A stretch of 64,000 nt of DNA. It comes from a virus. The stretch covers positions 3,347 through 67,346 of the IMG/VR virus record IMGVR_UViG_3300043434_000871; one strand, written 5' to 3'. A model generated the notes under the pieces. That model was given only the letters and a program-made list of their open reading frames with translations. It was not told where the DNA came from and did no database searches. Shown in pieces: positions 37,957 through 46,602 of the stretch; the stretch's first letter is position 1, and the number at the start of each line of letters is the position of its first letter. Made by a program: the position numbers and the translations under genes.

Positions 37957-39249
37957 ATGGCAGAAAACCAAACGCCGAGTAACCAGTCTGCACCGGCGGC
38001 AGACGCCAACAAAACCGTCAGCCCGGAACTTACCGAGACCGGCGGCACCATGACCTTCGACGCGGCACGTTCGTTGTCGGAGGCATTCAACAGCTTGGGC
38101 AAAGAGCCAGCGGCTCCTGCGCCCGAGGCACCGAAGGCGGAAACGAAAGTTTCCGAGCAACCCATCAAACCCGCGGCAACAGAAGCGAAAGTTTCCGAAC
38201 CCGCCGCGCCGGAGGCGAAAAGTGAAGCCGAAGAAGTAAAAACCGCCACGGCGGATGATCTGGCCGAGCTTCTCGGCGGACCGAAGAAGGCCGAAGCCAA
38301 GCCGGACGCCGATGACGAGCCGCCCGCGGAGATCGCGGCGACCGATAAGGCGAAGAACGCTTGGGCCGAGCAGCGGAAGGCTCTCAAGGAAGAGCGCCGT
38401 CGCCGCGAGGAGCTTGAGGCCAAGGTCGCCGAGTTGGAGAAACGCAGCACCGATGTCGCCCCCGACGAGGTGAAGGCGCTTCGGGAGACCGTGGATGCCT
38501 ACGAGCGCGAGCTTCAGGTTGCCCGTGTCGAGGCGACCAAAGAGTTCAAAGATGCGGTGGCGATTCCCCGCGAGCGGATCAACAAGCAACTGGAGACCTT
38601 CGCCAAGAAGTATGAGTTCCGCGAGGCGGATGCCCGTGTGGCCTTTGCCGAAGCCGATCCGGAGAAGCAGACCGAGCTACTCGTCGACATGGCCAGCGGG
38701 ATGAACGACCGCGACCGGTTTCGTTTCTACGAGATGGCCGAGGAGTGGCAGAAGGTCGAAGGCATCGCCAACAAAGTGCGGCACAATGCGAAGCTGGCCT
38801 TGGAGAAGATCCAAGAGCACCACGCCGAGCAGCAGAAGGCGTTTGTCGAACAGCGGCAGAAGCAATACCGCGGGGCTCTCGAAAAGATCTGGACCGATGT
38901 TTCCGAGAAGGCTCCGCTCTTCCGCCGCCGCGAAGGCGACGAGGCGTGGAATGCCAAGATCGGGGAGATCGAGCAGTTTGCCACTGGGCTGGATTGGAAT
39001 GTGGTCGCCGAGAACGACACCGCACGGGCCGAGTTGGCCTTACGGGCGGCGGCTTCACCTTTCCTCTACGGCATGGTGCAGAACCTCTTTGCCAAGACGC
39101 AGGAGCTACAGAAGACGCTCGCCAAATACCAGTCGGCCAAACCCGGCGCGGGTGGGGGAGCTCCGGATCCTGCCATTGGCACGGGCACAGCCGAGAAGGT
39201 GGAGCATGAAGACTTCTTCAGCGCCATCAAGTCGGGGTTGGCGGGTTAG
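37957..39249 (+). CDS. Capsid scaffolding protein
   Basis: Disordered acidic N-terminus, coiled coil, upstream of the capsid gene. Confidence 0.65.
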   Translation: MAENQTPSNQSAPAADANKTVSPELTETGGTMTFDAARSLSEAFNSLGKEPAAPAPEAPKAETKVSEQPIKPAATEAKVSEPAAPEAKSEAEEVKTATADDLAELLGGPKKAEAKPDADDEPPAEIAATDKAKNAWAEQRKALKEERRRREELEAKVAELEKRSTDVAPDEVKALRETVDAYERELQVARVEATKEFKDAVAIPRERINKQLETFAKKYEFREADARVAFAEADPEKQTELLVDMASGMNDRDRFRFYEMAEEWQKVEGIANKVRHNAKLALEKIQEHHAEQQKAFVEQRQKQYRGALEKIWTDVSEKAPLFRRREGDEAWNAKIGEIEQFATGLDWNVVAENDTARAELALRAAASPFLYGMVQNLFAKTQELQKTLAKYQSAKPGAGGGAPDPAIGTGTAEKVEHEDFFSAIKSGLAG

Positions 39250-39294
39250 AGTTTAGTTAAGCAAGCAGGGGCGATCGGATGGTCGCTAAATCAC

Positions 39295-39344
39295 ACCCCG
39301 CCCGATACGCCGATTTGACGCGGCCTCGGGCGGGGTTATTTTTT
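39295..39344 (+). terminator. Terminator after the scaffold gene
   Basis: 11-bp stem ACCCCGCCCGA/TCGGGCGGGGT plus T run. Confidence 0.65.
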
Positions 39345-39558
39345 GAACGTGACCCGCCATGCCTCGGTTCGCAGTAATCGGGCTTGAAGGCCAAAAGCCC
39401 GAGAGAACATGCACACTTTGGCGGGTATTCTTTAGGACAGCGGTCACCATGCCGCTGCCCCGCCCGTGAATAAATTCTAAAATAGCGGGCAACACCCCTC
39501 CGGAAGCCTCGGCGACCGGACGCGAGGCGGTTCCTTTCGGGGAGCCGCCTCTGCATTT

Positions 39559-39624
39559 GGTAGGGCGGGGCGTCTCCGACCCGCCGCTGGGGTGACACGG
39601 CGCGTCCGGAGGCCGCGCCCTACC
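39559..39624. repeat. GTAG-type REP-like inverted doublet
   Basis: GGTAGGGCG...CGCCCTACC enclosing two related GC-rich arms. Confidence 0.5.
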
Positions 39625-39879
39625 TCAATTAACTAGCGCCAAATCCCCGCTGTTTTTGGCGCTGGTCAATTCTACCTATTTATACCGGGGTATAGCGAGA
39701 AACGGATAGAAAAGGCTACAGATCACCATAAGTAGTGCCTCGTTGTGACAACTCCTAGGACTTCGAGCGGCGAAGTCCTGTTAAACGATACTACACCCGA
39801 TCGGGACACTACACTGCACGGGTGTAGTGTCGGACGCTACACTGCTGCCCCGATCGGGGAAAAATCATAACCCCACAAT

Positions 39880-39907
39880 TTGACAACCGCATAACTGCGC
39901 GTAATTT
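39880..39907 (+). promoter_or_regulatory. Putative capsid-gene promoter
   Basis: TTGACA-N16-TAATTT. Confidence 0.5.
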
Positions 39908-40097
39908 AGCCTTACGTTTTACGGGTCGCGGCAAGAATCCGGTAGAAATCAAAATCAGTTAGGCATCGCGTGTAAAGCCTGTTCCGCGGCGGGGTCAAAA
40001 AGAAGCTCAGTCATTCGCTGTGCTCGGACCCGTCTATGCGGCCTCCGATACAAGCACAGGTAATAACTGTGTAACCAATAAGGAGAATACAAGCACT

Positions 40098-41273
40098 ATG
40101 GCTTGCAACAACATCGAAGCACTCTTCGTCGAGCACGCCGGACTGATCCGGAACAACGTCTCGAAGAACATCATCAACTCTGATTTCTACCTCAAATACC
40201 TTCCCCGCGAACAGTGGATGGACGGTCAGGGGACAGAATATCAATACCCCATCTACGAGCGCACGCTCTCGTCCAGCCCTGTGACCTTTTCGGCATGGGA
40301 GTCTTCGGACGGTGAAGAAGGGGGCCAGTGCCAAGTGGCCGGTCAGTCGATCGACAATTTCGGCATCACCCTGCGTTCCACAAGCCTCAAAAAGGCCGCA
40401 CTCAACTCGCCCGACATCTGTTTGGACGATTTGCAGTTCGCCTGGCAGGTGGAAGATCAGGTCAAAAACATCGTTCGCGTTCTTTCCGAGAACACGAAAT
40501 GGGTGTGGACCAACGCTTATCAAGACGAATACATCGCCGCGGCCGGCAGCAAGATTGTCGCCGCGCCGAACCTTCCGACTGGTAGCTCGTCCTTCCCCGT
40601 GACTCCCGCGACCTCCAAGCTCACTTGGGGAATCTTGGAGCACGTCTACGAGCAACTCGGCTACGCTGGCGGCGGCATCAATCCGTTTGCCCGTGTGGAT
40701 GAGATGACGCCCATCTACGCGGCGGTCGGGGAACGGTTTACGTTCCATGATCTGAAGCGTCAGGATGCCAACACCCGTGACGATTTCCGTTACGCTTTCG
40801 AGGGTTCGGAGACCCAGTCCCCGATGCTCGGAGCGCCCGGTCTTTCCGGTGTGTATCGTGGCTTCCGTTTCTTCACGGTCGAATTCCCGCCTCGCTACGA
40901 CTTCGTCGGCGGCGCGTGGGTTCGCCGTCAGCCGTTTGCCTCGACCCCCACGACCAAGGGCGACAAATGGGAAGTCTCCGACGAGTATAAGAACGCGGAA
41001 TACACCGACACCGTGATTTATCACGCCGACGTGTTGAAGATCCTCGTGCCCAAGCCGAAGACCCGCGCTCCGATGACTTACAACCCGCAGTATAGCTGGG
41101 CGGGTGAGTTCGTGTGGCGGAACATCCCCGACCGCGACTGCAACGTCGACGGCAACGTGGGCTTCTTCCGTGCGCTCTTCGCCTACGGCCCGAAAGTTGA
41201 GCGTCCTGACCTCGGCTTTGTGGTTCGCCACAAACGCTGCGCTCGCGCCCTCGACCTCGTGGCCTGCTACTAA
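40098..41273 (+). CDS. Major capsid protein
   Basis: 391 aa, AAGGAG RBS, position after scaffold; assignment by synteny. Confidence 0.7.
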   Translation: MACNNIEALFVEHAGLIRNNVSKNIINSDFYLKYLPREQWMDGQGTEYQYPIYERTLSSSPVTFSAWESSDGEEGGQCQVAGQSIDNFGITLRSTSLKKAALNSPDICLDDLQFAWQVEDQVKNIVRVLSENTKWVWTNAYQDEYIAAAGSKIVAAPNLPTGSSSFPVTPATSKLTWGILEHVYEQLGYAGGGINPFARVDEMTPIYAAVGERFTFHDLKRQDANTRDDFRYAFEGSETQSPMLGAPGLSGVYRGFRFFTVEFPPRYDFVGGAWVRRQPFASTPTTKGDKWEVSDEYKNAEYTDTVIYHADVLKILVPKPKTRAPMTYNPQYSWAGEFVWRNIPDRDCNVDGNVGFFRALFAYGPKVERPDLGFVVRHKRCARALDLVACY

Positions 41274-41340
41274 GCGGTAGCCTCTCATCCTGCCTTGGGG
41301 GTGCAAGCCCCCTCGGCAGCAGAGAGGTTACACTTTTTGC

Positions 41341-41643
41341 ATGAACATCCCTTCACCGAATCCCATCGTCTTCCCGGCTGCACCGGAGAAGACGTTTCCC
41401 CATCTGTGGATCAAGCGGCTGCTCTTGGAGAGTCCGAACGTGGACAACGGCAAAATGGAAGCACATTTTGCTCCCTACAACGCCGACACCAAAGAGATCG
41501 GCCCCTCGGCCTACGACACGACTTTTACGACCGATGAACTCTGGCAGGCGGTGGCTGAAGTTCCGGAGGTCGCGGCGGCATATGCTGCTATATTAGAATC
41601 TGTGGGTCCGATGCAAACGTGGCTCGCCAATAGAAACCAATAA
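41341..41643 (+). CDS. Hypothetical protein
   Basis: 100-aa ORF in the structural operon. Confidence 0.6.
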   Translation: MNIPSPNPIVFPAAPEKTFPHLWIKRLLLESPNVDNGKMEAHFAPYNADTKEIGPSAYDTTFTTDELWQAVAEVPEVAAAYAAILESVGPMQTWLANRNQ

Positions 41644-41648
41644 ACACT

Positions 41649-41876
41649 ATGAAATTCGCAATCCCTGAAGGAATGGTCCCGCCTGATGGCGTGGAAGTCG
41701 GCTCCACATTCGACGCACTCGCCACGCTCAAACTCGGTGAAGGTGAGCTTGAACTCATCGCGGTTGACGGTCTCCCCGTCGCCACGTCCGAAGCTCCCGA
41801 AGCCAAAGAAGCCGAGGAGATGGACGAAGAGATGGGCTTCGATGAAGCCATCCGCGCCGGAATGACGGAGGAGTAA
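41649..41876 (+). CDS. Small acidic protein
   Basis: 75-aa ORF. Confidence 0.6.
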   Translation: MKFAIPEGMVPPDGVEVGSTFDALATLKLGEGELELIAVDGLPVATSEAPEAKEAEEMDEEMGFDEAIRAGMTEE

Positions 41877-41892
41877 CCGGAGGCCCGAAGCG

Positions 41893-42402
41893 GTGGATAT
41901 TCCCGCAACCTCCGACAACATTCCGGGGACTTTGGTCCTTCGGGATGCCAGTGGCGGCGCTGCACTGAATTCAGTAACGGCGGCGGGAAACTATCCTAGT
42001 GGAAACGGGCCGTGGGTGTTTGTCACCAACACGAACGGCGTCACTCCAGGCACATTCGGTCCGGGCGTCGTTATCAATAACTCGGTCAGCGGATCATTTC
42101 CATTTATAATCACTCAACACCAAGACTCATCTTCTCGACTGAGTATAAGTAGGTATACATTTCCGTTTACTGAATTGTTTACAATCACCCAGTCAGGCAA
42201 CGTCGGAGTCGGGACGGCTGGCTCGATAAACGGAGCAGCACAGCTAGATGTATCTAGCACTACACGAGGATTCCTTCCACCGCGCATGACAACGACCGAA
42301 CGTGACGCCATCACCAGCCCACCCGCGGGTTTGATGCTCTACAACAGCACAACGAACAAACTCCAAGTCCGCACGGACACTACATGGGTCGACCTCCACT
42401 AA
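41893..42402 (+). CDS. Tail-fibre-like protein
   Basis: GNVGVGT...STTRGFLPPRMTTTERDAI...YNSTTNKL. Confidence 0.7.
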   Translation: MDIPATSDNIPGTLVLRDASGGAALNSVTAAGNYPSGNGPWVFVTNTNGVTPGTFGPGVVINNSVSGSFPFIITQHQDSSSRLSISRYTFPFTELFTITQSGNVGVGTAGSINGAAQLDVSSTTRGFLPPRMTTTERDAITSPPAGLMLYNSTTNKLQVRTDTTWVDLH

Positions 42403-42403
42403 G

Positions 42404-44512
42404 ATGATCGCCGATACCGAAAGGCTCATCGACGGCTTCCGCGGCCTTCCTGCGGGTATGGACGGCTCCAAGGAGCCGCCGCAAACGCCAAGCGAAGCCG
42501 CTTGGTATGCCACCAATGTCACCTTCCGAGGCGGCAACGGCCCGACGACACGTCCGGGATTCCGTGAGATCCCACCGGATTACTGGCGCAATCCCGCACC
42601 GGGCGATACGGACTACAATCAAGACTTGGTCGATGGCACGACCAGCCGTCAAAGATTTGCCACCGACATCCTCGGTGGCACTTACGTCCAAGGGGTCGTC
42701 CTCTACCAAGATCCCCGCGAGGGAAACCCGACGCAGATGATTGTCGTGGTTGATGGGAAAATCATGGCCCTTGATTTCGGGGCGGCGTCTTGTTACCGGC
42801 TCAATCCGACCGATGGGATTTCCAGCGATGTGCCGGTCTACATGACGCAGGCCGAGAAGTTCCTCATCATTCAGACGGGGCAGGATGAACCACGGATTTA
42901 TGACGGTTACGTGTTGCGTCGTGCGAGTGAGTATGGCGACCAAGTGGTTCCGATTGGTAAGCAGATGGCCTATGGGCAGGGGAGGTTGTTCGTCACCGTC
43001 AATGAAGGTGCCGAAATTGTCGCGGGGGATCTGGTCTTTGGTGGTTCAACAACTAATGTCGGAATCACCAGTTCCAGCGCGGCGAACCCGACGGTTATCA
43101 CGACATCAGCAAACCACGGGTTTTCTACCGGCGACCAAATAACAATCAGCGGACACAGCAGCACACCCACGGTAAACTCAACTTATGTGATTGGGACCGC
43201 ACCTAGCGCGACGACATTCACAATTCCGGTCGCAGTAACCAGTGCAGGAAGCGGCGGCTTTGTCGCCCGGTTTAATGCAGGAAAAGACAGCGACCTTTTA
43301 CGCTTCACCGAGAACACTTTCCTCAACGAAGGCGGCAGCTTTGCTCCGACCGGAAAAGTCGGTCGCGTGACAGCGTTGGCGTTCTTACCCGTGCAGGATA
43401 CGGCGACAGGGCAGGGTGACTTGATTGCTTTCTGCGAACGCGGCGCGGTGACGTTCCAAGTCTCGGCTCCACGAGACCAGTGGAAAAACACACAGGGTTT
43501 TCAGCGTGTGCTTTTCGACAACATCGGGGCGACAAGTGACAGCATCTTGCCAGTCAACGGCGATTTGTTTTTCCGCAGCCGTGAAGGTAACGGCATACGC
43601 TCTTACCGCAACGCCAGAGCCGAGGCGGATAACTATGGACAGACGCCGCTCTCGGCAGAGATTGATCCCGTGTTGAAGCAAGACACGCAATGGATGCTTG
43701 ACCAAGTGAGCATGGTCAACTTCGACAACCGTCTGCTGATGACGTGCCTGCCGCGACAATTTCCCAGACGGGCTACGGATCAAACCCAAGCCGACCTCTT
43801 TGCTGCCGAACCCATCCCGACGCTCTACGAAGGCATTGCCGTGCTCGACTTTCAATCCGTCTCGGCAGGACGAGGTAAAGCTGCCGCGGTGTTTGATGGT
43901 GTGTGGACGGGGCTTCGTATCATCAAACTCGTGCAAGGCACTTTCGACGGCGAACCGCGCTGCATGGCGGTGTGTTTCCATGAGGACGAAACCGGACGCC
44001 GGGTGGAAATCTGGGAGATCACACGGCGCGACGAGTATGACACGCCGGTCGAAGGTAAGCGCCGGATCAAGGCAGGCATTGTCACGAGAGCCTTTAACTT
44101 CGGCGACATGATGGGGCTCAAGAAACTGATCCGCTGCGACCTGTGGTTCGACGACTTGGGCGGCGGAACGGATTTTCCCTTCGAGTGCGAGTTGGCATAT
44201 CGCCCCGACGACTACCCGAACTTCACGACATGGCAGCGGTTTGAACGGGCCTTTGAGACGGAGTTCAACATGACCTATGCCGCACCGCCCGATGACACCG
44301 CACCCATCGAACCCTACAACTACGAACGCGGCTACGCCCCTCAAGTCCGCTTCCCCGTGCCGCCTTTAACCGCGAACATTGCCACCAGTGTCCCTGCTTA
44401 TCTGGGCCATGACTTCACGTTGCGGGTCAACTGGGAAGGGCGGGCTCACCTTGGGCGGCTCATGCTGCACGGTTCACGGCTCACGGAAGCGGTGAATGGA
44501 GGAACCCTGTAA
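42404..44512 (+). CDS. Tail tubular/nozzle-like protein with FCCH-like insertion
   Basis: 702-aa beta-rich protein; AANPTVITTSANHGF insert; synteny. Confidence 0.6.
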   Translation: MIADTERLIDGFRGLPAGMDGSKEPPQTPSEAAWYATNVTFRGGNGPTTRPGFREIPPDYWRNPAPGDTDYNQDLVDGTTSRQRFATDILGGTYVQGVVLYQDPREGNPTQMIVVVDGKIMALDFGAASCYRLNPTDGISSDVPVYMTQAEKFLIIQTGQDEPRIYDGYVLRRASEYGDQVVPIGKQMAYGQGRLFVTVNEGAEIVAGDLVFGGSTTNVGITSSSAANPTVITTSANHGFSTGDQITISGHSSTPTVNSTYVIGTAPSATTFTIPVAVTSAGSGGFVARFNAGKDSDLLRFTENTFLNEGGSFAPTGKVGRVTALAFLPVQDTATGQGDLIAFCERGAVTFQVSAPRDQWKNTQGFQRVLFDNIGATSDSILPVNGDLFFRSREGNGIRSYRNARAEADNYGQTPLSAEIDPVLKQDTQWMLDQVSMVNFDNRLLMTCLPRQFPRRATDQTQADLFAAEPIPTLYEGIAVLDFQSVSAGRGKAAAVFDGVWTGLRIIKLVQGTFDGEPRCMAVCFHEDETGRRVEIWEITRRDEYDTPVEGKRRIKAGIVTRAFNFGDMMGLKKLIRCDLWFDDLGGGTDFPFECELAYRPDDYPNFTTWQRFERAFETEFNMTYAAPPDDTAPIEPYNYERGYAPQVRFPVPPLTANIATSVPAYLGHDFTLRVNWEGRAHLGRLMLHGSRLTEAVNGGTL

Positions 44513-44691
44513 TGGCTGCCCTGCAAGAAATCCCTAAGCTCGACACGGCGATCGAACCAGCGATGAACTCATGGAGCACGCCTCCGGCGGGGATTTTGCT
44601 CTTGATTAAAGCCAGCGACGAAAGCCCGGACATCGGCACGGAGTATTACCTCCTCATCGACAACAACGGCAACCGTTTGCTCATCCAGTAA
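44512..44691 (+). CDS. Small protein (59 aa)
   Basis: TAATG coupling; YLLIDNNGNRLLIQ. Confidence 0.5.
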   Translation: MAALQEIPKLDTAIEPAMNSWSTPPAGILLLIKASDESPDIGTEYYLLIDNNGNRLLIQ

Positions 44692-44711
44692 TAACCCTGT
44701 AAAATAATAAA

Positions 44712-46139
44712 ATGTCCTACACTGCCAACAGAAAGCCCGGTGCGCTGAACCAAGCGACGGTGCTGGGAGACAACGACAACGTCGTGGTCGAGCAAAGCGG
44801 AGCGGTCAACCGTGCTACGCTGGCCCAAGTCGAAGGCAAAGTGTTTGCCGCCAAGACGGCTTTGACGACCCCGAGCGGCACAGAAGTGACGATTGTTCGA
44901 CAGACGGACGGAAGCCTCCGCCAAGTGCCGCTGGCCAATATCGTCCCAGCGGGCAACATCACCAACGCCTCGATCAGCGACTCTGCGGCGATCGCCGATA
45001 CCAAACTGGCGACAATCAATACGGCCGGCAAGGTGACCAATCAAGCGGTTCAGGCGGTCTCGACCAATACGGCCAACCGCATTGTGACCCGCGATGGTAG
45101 TGGAAACTTTGAGGCGGGAACAATCACGGCAAGTCTTTCGGGGAATGCGACGACGGCGACATTTGCCAGCAGCGTGGCTGATTCGTCGATTTCGACAGCC
45201 AAAATAGTCGATGGTGCGGTGACCAGTGCCAAGATTGCCGATGGCACAATCGTCAACGCCGACATCAATGGCTCTGCTGGTATTACTGATGGCAAGTTAG
45301 CCACGATCAGCACGGCTGGAAAAGTTTCCAATAGCGCGACCACAGCCACCAGCGCCAACACGGCCAGCGCCATTGTCGCGAGAGATGCCAGCGGAAATTT
45401 CAGCGCCGGAACGATTACTGCATCTCTAACCGGCAATGTCACTGGAAACGTCACTGGAAATGTTACCGGCTCATCTGGATCGACAACTGGTAATGCGGCG
45501 ACCGCAACCGCATGGCAAACAGCCCGCAACTTGTCTCTGACTGGAGATGTAACGGCGACACTTTCAAGTGTAAATGGTTCGGGCAACGTATCTGCGGCAG
45601 CGACTATCGCGAATAATGCCGTGACCACGGCGAAGATTTTGGACGCCAATGTGACCACAGCGAAGATTGCCGACGCTAACGTGACCACGGCGAAGATTGC
45701 CGACGCTAACGTGACCACGGCGAAGATTGCCGATGCAGCGGTCACGACCGCCAAGATTAACAACGCCGCCATTACCGCCGCCAAGCTCGACGGCGCACAG
45801 ACCGGCTCGGCGCCGATCTATGGGTGCAGGGCTTGGGTAAATTTTAGTGGAACAAGCGTGACCAATGTTGACGGCGAGTACCGCTGCACGATCCACGCAA
45901 GCGGCAATGTAAGTAAGGTGGTTCGCGTGGCGCATGCTGAGTTTGACGTTCATTTTTCTACGGCGATGCCAGATGACAAATACTCAATATCTTTTGGCGC
46001 AACACAAGGCAACGGTCGTTTTTTTTGCCTAAGAGGAACCTCTTTGCCGACAGCAAACAAGTTTACCATGTTCTTTATGGAAAGCGATACCTCGTCACGA
46101 ATAAACCCCCCTTATGCGTGCGCTCAAGTCTTCCGATGA
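44712..46139 (+). CDS. Tail fibre protein with VTTAKIADAN repeats
   Basis: 30-bp tandem repeats at about 45620-45780; RAWVNF C-terminal domain. Confidence 0.8.
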   Translation: MSYTANRKPGALNQATVLGDNDNVVVEQSGAVNRATLAQVEGKVFAAKTALTTPSGTEVTIVRQTDGSLRQVPLANIVPAGNITNASISDSAAIADTKLATINTAGKVTNQAVQAVSTNTANRIVTRDGSGNFEAGTITASLSGNATTATFASSVADSSISTAKIVDGAVTSAKIADGTIVNADINGSAGITDGKLATISTAGKVSNSATTATSANTASAIVARDASGNFSAGTITASLTGNVTGNVTGNVTGSSGSTTGNAATATAWQTARNLSLTGDVTATLSSVNGSGNVSAAATIANNAVTTAKILDANVTTAKIADANVTTAKIADANVTTAKIADAAVTTAKINNAAITAAKLDGAQTGSAPIYGCRAWVNFSGTSVTNVDGEYRCTIHASGNVSKVVRVAHAEFDVHFSTAMPDDKYSISFGATQGNGRFFCLRGTSLPTANKFTMFFMESDTSSRINPPYACAQVFR

Positions 46140-46185
46140 CCCCATTGCAAGAGGAGAACGACGCTAACCAAACTTTCTAAATAAT

Positions 46186-46602
46186 ATGGCACTCATCCCA
46201 GGAACACTCCCAACTGGAACCAAGTATCCTAACGACCCGCAGTCGTTGCTCGATACCTTTGCTTCCTATCTCACGGCACCGGAAGCCAAGAAGAATCGGC
46301 CGACGGTGTCGGTCTACTCTTCCGTTGCGGGAGCCACGATCACGGCACGACCTGATGGGTTGGACGAAACCGTGTTCCTCGATCACGGCAGCACGGCGGC
46401 GACCGCGACTTTCGTTTTCCCGAGCAACGCGAACAGTGTCACGGGGCAGATCCTTCGGTTGTTTGCCCGCAGCGCGGTGACCGCGTTGACGGTTTCTTCT
46501 TCGGGGCTGACTTTACGCGGGACCGCGCTGACTGCTCTTACGGCAAACCAACATGTTGCATGGCAGAAGGTGGCGGCGAATACTTGGATTAGACTGCAAT
46601 AA
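46186..46602 (+). CDS. Putative tail protein
   Basis: Beta-rich 138 aa ending NTWIRLQ. Confidence 0.55.
   Translation: MALIPGTLPTGTKYPNDPQSLLDTFASYLTAPEAKKNRPTVSVYSSVAGATITARPDGLDETVFLDHGSTAATATFVFPSNANSVTGQILRLFARSAVTALTVSSSGLTLRGTALTALTANQHVAWQKVAANTWIRLQ

Noticed and set aside
45620-45780. Tail-fibre repeats as a diversity-generating retroelement
   Set aside because: Ordinary coding repeats; no reverse transcriptase or adenine-specific TR/VR pair seen.
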